Source: Callorhinchus milii (taxonomy: Eukaryota). Taken from it: a stretch of 64,000 bases of DNA. The position numbers and the translations under genes are program-made. The notes beneath the pieces are model-generated. The model was not told the origin of the DNA. It ran no database searches and worked only from the letters and a program-made list of their open reading frames with translations. Positions 1-12,248 of the stretch are shown in pieces. Location: contig NW_024704742.1 of assembly GCF_018977255.1 (NCBI RefSeq), forward strand, positions 35,404,001-35,468,000, in the 5' to 3' direction. How positions within the stretch are numbered: position 1 is the first letter of the stretch; each line of letters begins with the position of its first letter.

Positions 1-885
1 TCTGAATAGAATTAGATGCCCTGGTAGGTTTTTCATTTTGGTTCTATCACCTCATCGACAAACATGTTGCAGCAGGCTGTATGATCCATGTGGTTGGTAG
101 CCTCACAGTGAAGTCTAATGAACCATCAGTAGAAATTGGTGACTATTTAGCAATCTTCCCACTGTGCTACCATGTTATGTAACCGATCAGCCTGACATAT
201 TTCCAACTGTGATCTAAATACTTTTGTTTGTCATTTCTTTAGGTGCTATGCACCACTACATTTAATCAATCCATTTGGGAGTTTTGCTTTCCTCTAAATG
301 CATTGTTGATTAGATTTGTAGAGGAAGTACAAAGTGTCATTTTCTATCCGAACATAATTGTTGTTCCCTGTGGGTCAAAGTTAAGTGATGGAAGATCTCA
401 TCCCAATGTCAAACAGGACATTCAAGAGCAAAGTGTGCCAGACGTAAATTGTTAGTAAATGCATTGTATTTGCTGTTAAGTGCCTTAAAAAAAACGTGAA
501 ACTGCCATTGCATTTGAGGAAGGTTTTTATATCATATAATTTCTGAATATTAACCGTAGTGTTATTAACCTCTAATATCTACACATAGGTTTCAGTCACA
601 CTTCATCAGAACTAAGATTCATCAGACAGGAAGAAATCCTGAATATCTTTTTGCAGCACAGTTTTCCAGAATATCTAAATCTCACTAATGATAACATTAT
701 TGATAATACTATGTGTATGGTTTACGTTAAATACTTTAAAATGTAATTGAATCCCAATTTACACAAAGGGTGATGAGAATGTGTTTTTCACTGGCAGACA
801 TTGTCATTCAAACAGAGATGCATTCAAGAGAAAACTCAAAGCATACATGAGACAGAATAGAATAATAACCTTTATTAATCATTTT

Positions 886-1183
886 ATATAAGTGCCTTTC
901 ATATCAGAAGGACATCTCAAAGTGCTTCACAGAATATACTTTGTTTTCACCTACAATATAGGACAACACCTCTATTTGGGGGCATTGTGGCCACAATACC
1001 GGGAAAAAACTCCCTTGTCTTTTCGAAAAGTGCCATAGGATCTTTAAAGTCCATCTGATCAGGCAGCCAGAACCACAGATTAACATCTCATCTGAATGAC
1101 AATACCTTCAACACTGCCACACACCCAAGCATTGCTCTGGAGTGTCAGCATGAACTATATGAGTTCCACGTCCTGACTGGGGA
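886..1183 (-). mobile_element. Deu-domain SINE (SacSINE1/AmnSINE1-like) remnant
   Basis: Contains agtgccataggatcttt..gtccatctga..aggcag..ttaacatctcatctgaa..ctggagtgtcagc plus an L2-like tail. Confidence 0.65.
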
Positions 1184-1510
1184 ATTTATGCTCGATTAAA
1201 GAATCTAAATCTGATTTTTTATTAGAATTGTGTTGCATATTCCCTGTTCCTCCAAAACACCCCATTGACAGATTTGTTGCACTTGCGTATACCATCCAAT
1301 TACATTACTTCCCAGTGACAATGTCCACCTGTCATTTGATATATTTAGGATGAGATTGTAGTAAGTACCTAAAGGCTAGAGATCACTGGAAGCAACTTAA
1401 CTCTTTGCAATATTTACCATGAAATGAGCTAGTTATTCAATAATGTGTTTGATAGTTATGTATGTTTGCACTCACATTCTGTAATTAAAAAGCTTTTTCT
1501 TGTTTTCTAG

Positions 1511-1571
1511 AACATATTGATTCATAACAGGGAATTGTCCATAATGATGAAGAATATTAAAACACTTTACA
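1511..1571 (+). pseudogene. GFPT (pseudogene): GFPT exon remnant ([20 protein letters not shown] exon)
   Basis: Strong acceptor (tttttcttgttttctag) and donor gtgagt bound a 61-nt exon. ATTCATAAC..GGAATTGTC..AAT gives IHN-GIV-N with frameshifts; size and order fit. Confidence 0.6.
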
Positions 1572-2477
1572 GTGAGTGACTAGACAAAGTTACTCTCTTT
1601 TTATTAAACATACTTAAAACATTTCTGACCATCACTGTCTTGGAAAAGACAATTACAGCTGATCCTCCTTTTGTGGTAGCATGCCTGCACATGATCACAA
1701 GTACTATCAACCTTTGTCCAGTAGAGGGCATGTCAATTCAATTTTCAGATTTAGGTACATTAATAAAAGAACCACAGAATAAACCCNTTTTTATTGTTAA
1801 AATATCTGGAGAAGTTCAATACTGCACAAAGATACTTGTTCAATTCACCCTTGATCCAACAAATTGTAGTTTCTTTCTCTCCTTTGCTATCTGTTAAGAG
1901 CCAGCAATTACATTTGGGTTTAGTAGAATCTCCCAGGAGAGGCTTGCTACTTACTCTATGGTAGAGTATATAGAAGGTGTGATTTAATGTCTGCACTTGT
2001 CAAGTTCGAATTGAGTGTAGACTTTCCTCAACAGTGTCATATGTGATGTACATCCATTTACTGGAATGAGTTGTTACTTGTATTCCTTGATTTCTCGAAT
2101 TCCTTGATTTATTGAATCCTGTTAGAAATCGATGGCTATTTGATCCCATTAACTGGAAACATTGGTTCATGAGTAGATTGTCCTATGTTCTGATCAGATA
2201 TGCCCAACTGATACAGAGCCATTTGTTATATTCCTCCTCCATAAATGTCCCCACTTTAGCCCTGTGATTTGGAGGTAACAGATTCTTAACATGATACATA
2301 CCTAACAATAGTTTCACATAAGTCGCTTCCCCTGTTCTCCAAATATTGTTCCTTCTCATTTGTGAATACACCAGGTGGCGCTGCACTACACATTGAGAGA
2401 AGTTAAGGCATAAATGTTATATGTTTACTGTATTTCTAAACTGTCCTGTCTCAATCATCTATGTCCAGTTAGATCCA

Positions 2478-2837
2478 AATCCATTCACTCCCTGGCACTT
2501 CCCTACCTCTCCGACCTCCTATCTCCCCAATCCACCATCCGGCGACTCCGCTTAACCTGCACTGACCTCCTGCTCGTCCCTCGCACTCTCCGCCCCACCA
2601 TCGGAGGTCGCGCTTTCAGTCACTACACCCCAAAACTCTGGAACACTCTCCCTCAATCCCTCCACTTTACCACCTCTCTCCCCTCTTTCAAGTCTCGCCT
2701 GAAAACTTTCCTCTTCGACCGTGCTTATGGCTACCCCACCCCCCGCCACCATCAGGCTCAGAATCAGGCTCCACCACTGTTAAGCGCTCTGAGACGCTAT
2801 CCTGTGTGGAGGGCGCTATATAAATTCAAGTTGTTGT
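2478..2837 (+). mobile_element. L2 LINE 3' end
   Basis: ORF2 C-terminus (PYLSDLL..GGRAFSHYTPKLWNTLP..FKSRLKTFLF) and tail gcgctatataaattcaagttgttg. Confidence 0.9.
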
Positions 2838-3450
2838 AAATCAAAGCATTACATATTTGCAGTATTGATGGATGTGTAGATAGTTGTTATCATTGTTGAC
2901 CATGTAGTTCCCAATCTTTCTGCATCCAACATCTACATTGTGCAGTATATCTTCTAGCATTATACTGTGATTCCTTTTTATGTTAATTTCTCTATTGCAG
3001 TTGTCAATATTCAGCAGTTTAAATTCAAGACTTCCATCAGCCAGCAGCTAAAGTATGTTAAACCTACAAAATACACAGTCACTACACTTGACAATAAATC
3101 CTGTGAAGCGATTTGAGATGTTTTCAAAGGTGCTATATAATGTAAGGATTATTATTATGATTATTAAATGTTCTGCTAATTTAGAAAGGTTGATTTTGTA
3201 CAATGAGATAAACAATGAGACAGAGAAAAAAATATTTGAAATGCTGGAGAACAAACTAGTCATGAAATTGCAATTCCACCAAACCTCTTAAACTATTATT
3301 TATTAGTTTTTTTCTAAATAACAGTAGACATTCTGTGTAGTTAAATATATTCATTTGTGTGAGGTTGCTGAGATTACTGAGAATCTCTTATAGCACATGT
3401 AGAGAATGAATGTGCTGTTCTAGTAAGGGAAGTTCCTGAAATCATGAAAT

Positions 3451-3663
3451 CAAACAGTCGTGGATCGAGTGACCAAATTATTTATATTTTGAAGGAATGG
3501 AAAATGTTCCACCAAACTACTAACAACTGGGTTCTTATTTACTGCTAGGTAAACAGAGGTGTGTGGAGTAAGAAAACTTGCCCAACATTTTGCCCTGCCA
3601 GGAATCGAACACAGGTTTCTCTCTTGCGAGGTGAGTGCTATAACCACTAAGCTACAGAACTCT
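3451..3663 (-). mobile_element. tRNA-derived SINE, variant body
   Basis: Reverse tRNA-like head (..ccactaagctacagaactc) followed by a body segment shared with the copy at 39765. Confidence 0.8.
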
Positions 3664-4059
3664 ACATAGGTTGTAGCTCTACATGTAGGTTGTGCAGTTC
3701 TATAGCAATTCATACTAAAAGATTAGAAGGTGTACCAAATAATAATAATCCTCGGATTTGTTATAGTGATCCTAAACCCCTAACTTCTCCTCTTTCTGTT
3801 CCACCTCACCCCTTCTCTGTCTATCTTTAAGTCCTGCCTTTAAACCTACCTCTTCAAATGCACCTATGACCATCTCCCTCTTCCCTTCTTCCTTGCTAGG
3901 ATCTGATGTGTCCTTGTAAAGCATTCCAAATTGTGACCCTATGTGAAAAGGATTGTATAAATGCAAGTTGTAGTTATTGTGGTTGTGTGTTTCATGGCAG
4001 GAGGATATTTCAAAGCGCATCACAGGGTTTACTGTAAATCTTAGTGACTGTATTTGATA

Positions 4060-5210
4060 GATGAACAATTCCAGATAGAAAGTTGAATTGAGTGATGTGG
4101 AGTCTGAAACCTCAGGGCTCAGCGCTACTGCGTTTTATTTATGAATGACTTGGAATTGGGAAGAGAAACTAAGATGACCCAACCAAGTCTGTTGCCAATT
4201 TCAAACTGGGTAGCATTATGAATAGCGGAGAAGAAGTGGACAGAATACAGAAGACACACTAGGTAGCCGTACTAAGCGACAGATGATGTTTAATGTAGAT
4301 TAACATAAAGTGATGAGATTGAGCCAGAGGAATTAGACGAATGGTAGATGCTTCGGAGAAATGACCCAGGAGAAGGAGCTGAGAGTATTGGTACATAGTT
4401 CATCAACCATGAGCAATCTACCAGAACACAGCTGCAGAGGAAGGAAGAATATCAAACAAGTTTTGGGGGACGTACAACTGGTTAGATAGACATAGAGTCA
4501 CAGGCTGCGATATTCATTTCTATGTTGCACTGGTCCCAGTTAGAATATAAACAATATGGTGCCTGTACTACAGTAGAAACATCCTAACATTGCAAAGGGT
4601 ACAATGACAGAGGTGATAAAAGTAATAGATGAGATTAGGCCCCTTGAGTTATGTGGAAGAGAAGATTAAAGGGTGCACGTGGTGAAGCTTTCTGGATTCT
4701 AAAAGAGATAGGTAAACTGGAGTACAGAAACAGTAAATCAGACTGGATTCTGGGTATCTGTAATTCATACCTTGTTGGACTGGACCTGAAATGAAAAAGG
4801 TAAAAAGATTTCCACAGCCCCTTGCACATGTCGACCCCCACTGACCCACTCTCATGTCTCACCGTCCTTGCTGGCCTTCAATGGTCAGGGATATCGACTT
4901 TGACTCAGTTTGAACTCCCCAAGCAAAAGATAGCTTATTCACTACCTTCTGCTCTTGGGATTCAAACAAATACAATGCTGGTATTGTGGTTTTAGTGAAT
5001 ATGTTTCATATGATCAAGGAATCCAAACAATGGTTTACGTCTCAAGCTGAGAAGACGGAAGATGAACAGACATTATAGATTTAATTACTTCAGCTAGTGG
5101 TGAGTTTGTGTTACAATCTGCCCAAGAAAACAACAGAGGCAGATGGTGTTAAAAATTTAAAGAGAAAATTAGATAAGTTAACAGGAGCAGTGGACTTGGA
5201 GGGTAATAAA
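4060..5210 (+). mobile_element. Highly decayed CR1-type LINE fragment
   Basis: Degenerate RT-region motifs (cctcagggctcag, atgaatgacttgga, cagatgatgtttaatgtagat) and 3' segment tttaaagagaaaattagataag. Confidence 0.55.
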
Positions 5211-6120
5211 AGATAGAAAACAAAGGTATTTAACAAATGGAACCAAACGCACAACAATGTGGTCTTTTACATTCTCGTACATTCATATTTTACTAAAGTT
5301 GAGCAAAAGTACAGGGAGGATTATTATTATTATAAGTAAATGGCCAGAGTTTTTTTTAAAAGAAAATGAAGAGGAAATAAGAAAATATCCCAAGCACTGT
5401 GAAAGGAAAATAAACTGAGAGAGGAGGGAAAGGAATGCAAGTCAGTGGGAAGAAAACATGAATCATTGAAGAAGGAACCGAAGTGTTCAGAAGAGCAAAG
5501 GAACAATATGGTGACACCAGGGGAATAGAAAAGTGAACGAGAAGACAGAGGAGTTTAGAAAGAGCAAACAGGAGATGGCTGCAGGCAAGGCTTGGAACAT
5601 GCATACACTTATTGTAGAAGTGAAGAAAGAGAGTGAGACCACGGATACAAGGGCATCCCGAAGGGCAGATGGGAGACTTTGAAAAAGATTACAGTCCTTA
5701 TGTTAAGAGTTTAACTGTATTTAATTGCTGTAACTAACTACTGAGTGCCTATTAACCAATGTCATTGTAATGTTATGGGAGTATTTTCAATGTTCTTTTC
5801 AAGGGTGATACTTAATTGCTCAATATGAGGATTGGAAATTAATAAATTATACTTATTGTCAAAATGTATGTGTAATGTAAGTTAATCTCCAGCAACAGAA
5901 AGTGCTTGGACTTTAGGGGGAAACTACTGAGCTAATAACCAGGTAATAAAAACCATTACAACTGTGAGTACTGGAGCACTCTGTGCACATACCCTAAGGA
6001 GGATTTTAGCTATGACTTGGGTAAAAAGTATATGTGGAGATTATTATACCTTACAATAAAATCTTGTGAAGCGCTTTGAGATGTCTCAATGATGTATAAC
6101 ATCATTTTGTGTATAACAAA

Positions 6121-6437
6121 ATAATAATAATAATCTTTGCATTTGATATAGCGCTTCTCACGTCGGGAGGACGTCCCAAAGCACTTCACAGAACACACTG
6201 TAAAGTGAATTGACTGTATATTTGTGGGTGAACGCGGCAGCCAATTGCGCACAGCAATGTCCCACAAACAGTCGTAGATTGAAAATGACCAATTTATTAT
6301 TGTTTTTTTTTTGGAGGGATTATTATTAGGCTCTGTGTGGAGTAAGGAAACTTGCCCAAGATTTCGCCCTTCCTGGAATTGAACTCAGGTCTCTCGCTTG
6401 CAAAGCGAGTGCTCTAACCACTGAGCTACAGGACTAC
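6121..6437 (-). mobile_element. tRNA-Ala-derived SINE, full length
   Basis: Head with Pol III A/B boxes, conserved body, L2-type tail ending in (TTA)n; very similar to the copy at 51104. Confidence 0.92.
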
Positions 6438-6444
6438 AGGACAG

Positions 6445-6820
6445 GATATAACATCTTTCACATGGGATGAATGCCTCAAAGCACTTTTGTTGATGGAAGT
6501 AGGTGGAGAGAAAGGGGAATTAAAAGTGTTAACTAAAAACAAGGTTAAAGAGATGGGCTTTTAAAAGCATTTTGAAGCCAGGAAGAGAAGGTGTAAAGCA
6601 AAGGGATTTTGGGGCGAGTATTCCAAAAAAACAGGGCATAGTGATTGAAGGTCTTGTCATCAATGATGGGACAGATGGAGTTATGAATGAGCAGTAGGCA
6701 AAAGTCAGAAGAGCAGATGCTGTGAGTAGGAGCATAGGGTTGAAGGAGATTGCTGTGGGGGAAAATCATGGAGTGAATTGAAGATCAGGATTAGGATTCT
6801 GAAGTCAATCTGGAGTATTG
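6445..6820 (-). mobile_element. L2 LINE 3' fragment (older)
   Basis: Translates to ..SLPGFKMLLKAHLFN, an L2 ORF2 C-terminal motif. Confidence 0.7.
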
Positions 6821-6957
6821 AGAGTTCTTACAGCAATACGTGGAATTAGACTATTTAATAGGAGTTAGTCCTATTGGAATTACATGAAATCAGCAAAACT
6901 ATAATTGTGATGGTGATGGGTTCATTATCACTAGTGATAATTGTCACATTGATGATA

Positions 6958-8480
6958 ACAACAACAACAAAATTCCATTTGTATAGTGCCTTTCACGTCG
7001 GGAGCACGTCTCAAGGCGCTGGACAGATAGAGTTACGGGCCAGAGCTGAGGGTCGAGGTAGGGGAGGGTGGAGGGCAGGGGGGGAAGAAGGGAAAATCGA
7101 AAGCATGGTCGAAGAGGAGGGTCTTGTGGTGGGTCTTGAAGTGGCGAGGGAGGGGATGAGGCAGAGGGACTGTGGGATGGAGTTCCAGAGGATGGGGGCA
7201 GAGTGGCGGAAGGCCCGCCCGCCAATAATGGGGTGAGCAAGGTGGGGGACGTGAAGCAGGCCGGAGCCCGCTGAGCGGAGGGAGTGAACAGGATGGTCAG
7301 GGGGTTAGAAAGTCACACAGGTAGCGGGGAGCAAGACAGTGAGGGCTTTGAAGGTGAGGACCAGGATATTGAACTGTATCCTCTGTATGATAGGAAGCCA
7401 TTGGAGTTGGGCAAGGATGGGGGTGATAGGGTCGCGGAACCTAGTGCGGGAGAGGACATGAGCTGCAGAGTTCTGGATGATCTGCAGCCTGTGAAGGGAG
7501 GAGTTGGGGAGGCCGACAAGCAGTGAGTTTGCATAGTTGAGCCTCGATGTTATGAATGCGTGTATGAGGGTTTCGGTGGCCTGCGGTGTGAGACATTGTT
7601 GGAGCCGGGCAACGTTGCGGAGGTGGGGAATGGCAGAGCCGGTCATGGTGCAGATGTGGGGTAGAAAGGATAGTTGAGGGTCAAACAAGACCCCAAGTTT
7701 CCGAACTTACTTAGCAGGGTGGTGTGTGCAACCATAACTGGTGATGCTGTGATCCTGAGGTAAGGAGGCGCTGACGGGTACCAATCAGGAGAGCCTCGGT
7801 CTTGTTGACGTTCAACTGGAGAAAGTTAGCTCTCATACAGGACTGATGTCTGACAGACATTCTGTCAGCACAGCAGTGGTCCTGGAGTCGAGGGTGGAGG
7901 CAGAGAGGTACAGTTGGGTGTCATCCGCATACATGTGGAAGTTGACCCCCTGTCTGCAGATGACGTCACCAAGAGGGAGCATATAGATGTTGAAGAGGAG
8001 GGGTCCAAGGACAGAGCCCTGAGGAATGCCGCACAAGACAGTCCGGGGGCTAGAGGAGAAGTCGTTTGAGGAGATGAAGTGCAGGCGGTGTGAGAAGTAT
8101 GATCTGAACCAGTCAAGGACAGCACCAAATATTATTTGTCACTTTGACCAGGGCGTTTTTTGTGCTGTGGGCCGCAGGGAAGCCCGATTGGAGGAGTTTG
8201 AGAAGGGAGTGGCGGGAGAGGAAGGAGCGAAGCTGAGAAGCAACAACTCATTCCAGGATCTTGGAGAGGAAGGGGAGGTTGGAGATGGGGTGGTAGTTAG
8301 GGAGCAGAGAAGGGTCCAGGGAGAGTTTTGGATAGGAGTGGAGTGATGATAAAGGGGTGGGAACAGTACCAGAGGACAGGGAGAGGTTAACAATGTCAGT
8401 GAGTAGAGGGGCAAGGAGGTGGAGCTGGGAGGTAAGGAGGTTAGGGATGGGGTCGAGGGAGTAGGTGATTTATTGTTCAT
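6958..8480 (-). mobile_element. L2 LINE fragment with reverse transcriptase, frameshifted
   Basis: [52 protein letters not shown]; (TTG)n tail at 6958. Confidence 0.95.
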
Positions 8481-10765
8481 AAATCTAGTAAGGCCAGTTG
8501 ATAACTAAAGACTGGCTGTAAGTACTTTTACTCCCCCATCAACTCTTATCAATAGGTGTGTCGGAAGCTACCAGTGGGGGCCATTAGTTAGTGAGATACT
8601 GACTTAATGTCTTGTTTAAGAACTGTGAAGAAACAGCTCCCAAATTAAAATTAAAGTCTGGAGCCTCAGATTTTAAAAAGTTTTGTTATGAAGTGCCCAA
8701 CACGCACGCTGGGGTTCCAAAGCCTCGGCTCTTTCCAATGTGTGCCTAATACTCTCTGGAATTAGGCAACCGGAGTGCGTTCCTCCCACGAGAGAATGCA
8801 CACTCTATTCCAGACAAAGGGAAATTTCCATGTGTAAGTGGCATACATATGTGGTACTCTCTGTCTGGTTTAGACACCTAGCTGACCAACAAATAGTATT
8901 ACTGTGAAGACTGGGTGTAAAACACGCAGTAGGAACAAAGCATTAGAGATATTTGCAGGATATGTGCAAATTGGCATAGAAAATGGAAAAGTATTATCTA
9001 AGGGATGTCATTCCTCGGATTACTTATTTTAGCAAAAATGTAGATTTGAGTAAAGAAAGGCAGATGTTGGGGGAAAAGTGCCAATGGATGAATTGTTCAT
9101 ATTTTGTGTTACTATAACAACCATACCCCACAAGAGTNAAAAAACACGGAGCAAACAATCAGACATCAGATAAATTTATCTTGTTAAGTCCTTTTATAAA
9201 CGTCTTCAAGGAGAAATCAGTGCAGCATTTTTGCATCTAAAGATGCTGGTTAAAAGTCGAGTGTAGAACTCCAGAACAGACCTGGATTAAGTGTGCAAAT
9301 AGAGCTGTTGAAGTGTGAATGGGTGTGAACATTGATACTATGAACAGTACAGTGTGAAAGCCAATGCTAAGCGTGTCCCAGTGGAGGAGAAAAAGAGGAA
9401 TGGTTGAGCAGGAGCAGATTATCAGAAATACACAGGTTATAGCAAGTATTGCACTGAGTTGCACAATGAGTGAGTGACCTGGAGTATAAAATTCTCGGAT
9501 CTTCAGAATAACAAGTCTAGAAAAGCCACCACATCTATTGAAACAACAAGATTCTGCTGATGTCTACAACAAATAAACCTTCAGTACAAGTGTAGTTTTA
9601 TGATGTATACCAACTATGGTAAAATCCTGGTAATCCACAGTAGATTAAAAATTGTTAATACTCTTTTGTAGATATCACAAGGCATTAATATCCTTTCTCA
9701 AACATCCTTATGCATCAAGGACATAATGCGCAGTGTCAGCTATTGCCAGTAAAAAAAATACCACTCAAAACTAGAATGAAAAGCCCTCAAACAAATGAAA
9801 CTGTGTATATTATAAATGTATAAAAAAGCAGATAAAAGAGAGTGAGTTCACGGTTGTGATATAATCTGATGATTGTTCTAAACCGCTCAAGCTTCATTCT
9901 CACAGTTCCTGATGTCTTCAGAATTCTGCGATTAGATTACAGACTCATATCTTACTCTCCTAGGTATCTGATTTATTTTCCATTTATCCTCCCCCCACCC
10001 AGCCCGTGTTTTAGGTTTGTGCAGACATAGAGTCTTTTTTCTGTAGAGTTGTCAGTGAATAGTTGCTGGACTCTTCAGTCAGCCAGCTTGCACAAGACTC
10101 ACTATCACACTGGGAGCATGTATTTGGATGAGATTGTTGCATGCCACTGAAGAGTTTGCCTTGTATTATTTTACATTTCTTTTATTAATGGATTTTATAT
10201 TACCTTATATTAATATAATTAATAACTCAGTTATATTAAAGATTAATAATCACTTCCAAGCAAAGTTGGTCACTCAATCCACGACTGTTTGAGGGATACT
10301 GCTGTGTGCAGTTGGCTGCTGTGTTTTACCCACAAAACACACAGTCAATTCACTTCACAGTATATTCTGTGCAGCTCATTGAGATGCCCCATAAGAGGCT
10401 ATATCAAATGCAAGCATTATTATTATTATTATTACCTTTGCTGGTCATGTAGATGTTCTGTTGGTCATGTAGATCACACGCTTTCTAGAGTTTTAGAAAT
10501 CAGGTGCTCATGGATAATCAGGGTTTAATTTTATTTCTATCTTTCCTCTAAAAAATAATATTTGGGTATGTTCAAGAGAAGTGTGCACCACATTAAAATG
10601 ATTTTGCACTGACTTTAATACATTCCTCCAGTTATCTTACATTATATACTTGCTAAGCAAATTTTTTAATACTGCGAATTCAGAAACTTCAGAAAATAAT
10701 ATATAAGTTTAGCCTTGTTCCTTCTGTTGCACTGGGATTTCAACAGAGATTTCTGGGATTTCAAA

Positions 10766-10827
10766 GATTCTGGTTACCACTGATCTTGACTTTCCTGCAT
10801 TCTCCTTGGGGAGATTGGAGTCACAAA
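10766..10827 (+). pseudogene. Possible GFPT exon remnant ([21 protein letters not shown] exon)
   Basis: With two indels reads DSG-LPLILTFLHSP-GEIGVTK; size and position fit but similarity is weak and splice sites are degenerate. Confidence 0.33.
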
Positions 10828-11523
10828 ATAGTTTTTACATATTTTAGTCCTTTCGCACATAAGTTTTGCAATTCACATTTAGTTTATTTACATGGAATAG
10901 TTATGAACTAACGACAGACAGACAGATGTAGAAAGAGAAAGACAGATCGATTGACAGTTCATTCGCTTGTTCTACCAAACCTGCAGTAAATCAAAATAGT
11001 AAATCAAAACGATTTGACAGTTCAGATGCTGGTACAAATTTTAAATGTGAATTTGCATTAACCTGGACAACAACCCTGTCAAATATCTGTTGATGGGGTG
11101 TACAGAATCAGGTCAGCATTTTTATATAATCTTACTAAAGAAGCTCCACTTTTTTGCTTTTGATAATGCCTTGATTCATATTAAAAAATAAACTCACTTT
11201 GCTAATGGACTGCTAAAAGCTGGTAACATTCTTTTGACTAGCTGTTAAGCTGAAAACTGCCACCACTTCCTTCCAAACCCTCCCTTTCAACTCCATATGA
11301 ATGGGCCAATGTAATGGTGGCACTGAGAATTCATTTAGTTTTTATGCCAGGTCTAACAAACTAAAAAATGAAAGCTAATGAAACTGCAGTTTAAACATGT
11401 GTTGTCCAACTCCAGAAATAAATACAGCGACTTAAAAGAGTTGTAAAAAAAATTAACACGAAAAGGTATGTTAATGAAGCTCTTTTATCTGTAAGGTTAA
11501 AGCTTGATAAATGGTAATAACAG

Positions 11524-11608
11524 GCAAGGGAGCCCCCTAGAGATCAGAGTGCACAGCAGGTACAGTACAAGTTCTCCACTAACAGCATTGCAGCTCTTTA
11601 CAAAAGAG
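11524..11608 (+). pseudogene. GFPT (pseudogene): GFPT exon remnant ([27 protein letters not shown] exon)
   Basis: aacag|G CAA GGG AGC CCC CTA GAG ATC AGA GTG CAC AGC AGG TAC [AGTAC duplication, frameshift] AAG TTC TCC ACT ... CTT TAC AAA AGA G = QGSPLEIRVHSRY/KFSTNSIAALYKR; donor reads gcaag. Confidence 0.88.
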
Positions 11609-11969
11609 GCAAGAATGACTGCAGCAAATAGCAATTGCTAAATTTTAAGTTTCATGTTGGTAAAGTTTTAAAATAATGATCATTTCTGTTTGAATTTGGA
11701 AAGATGCAGCGCAATAAGAAGGAAGCGTTTAACTTTGAGGGAATCAGAGACCTTGATCGCTTCATCGTCACAAAATTCTTGCACCATTAGGTTTATGCAG
11801 AATAATATTTTAAGCAAACTGCAGAGTGAGAGTTCTTGTTGAAAACAAACAATTAGATTTGTCAGGTTCAACAGATTTCATTCTAATTAAAGTCTGTTTA
11901 GAATGAATAAGGTACTGCATAAAGAAAACAGAGGAGGGACATATAATGACAATAATATTTTGCTAGAGT

Positions 11970-12248
11970 GCTTTTCCCGTTAAGAGGTTGTCTCAAACAC
12001 TGTAAAGTGTAGTGACTGTGTACTTGCAGATGAACACAACAGTCCTTTATGCTCAAACAGCCATAAGGTGAGTGACCAATTTTATTTACCATCCTCCTGT
12101 TCCCAAACCCCTGCTCAGGGGGCACTTCCAACAATGCAGCACATTAGAGTGTCAGTGTATTTTCTTGAATTCAAAGTACCAACGTAGGATTTAAACCCAA
12201 AATCTTCTAACCCAGAGGCAGGAGTGCTACCATCTGAGCCAGGCTGAC
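11970..12248 (-). mobile_element. Deu-domain SINE remnant
   Basis: ggcacttccaacaatgcagcac..gagtgtcag and reverse head ..agtgctaccatctgagccaggctgaca. Confidence 0.6.

Noticed and set aside
243..455. ORF following a strong splice acceptor (catttctttag|GT)
   Set aside because: No recognisable homology to GFPT or any other protein, and no convincing donor.
7305..8480. RT-like ORFs as a functional gene or novel RT system
   Set aside because: Fragmented, frameshifted L2 LINE ORF2, as at 29311-30510.
1787..9138. Single N bases at 1787 and 9138
   Set aside because: Both adjoin homopolymer runs and are likely assembly ambiguities. They caution that single indels may be errors, but cannot explain the many GFPT lesions.
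9209..9250. GAGAAATCAGTGCAGCATTTTTGCATCTAAAGATGCTG resembling GFPT EKAVEYYFASDA
   Set aside because: Out of exon order (upstream of the RGSPL exon) and lacks splice sites; probably chance.
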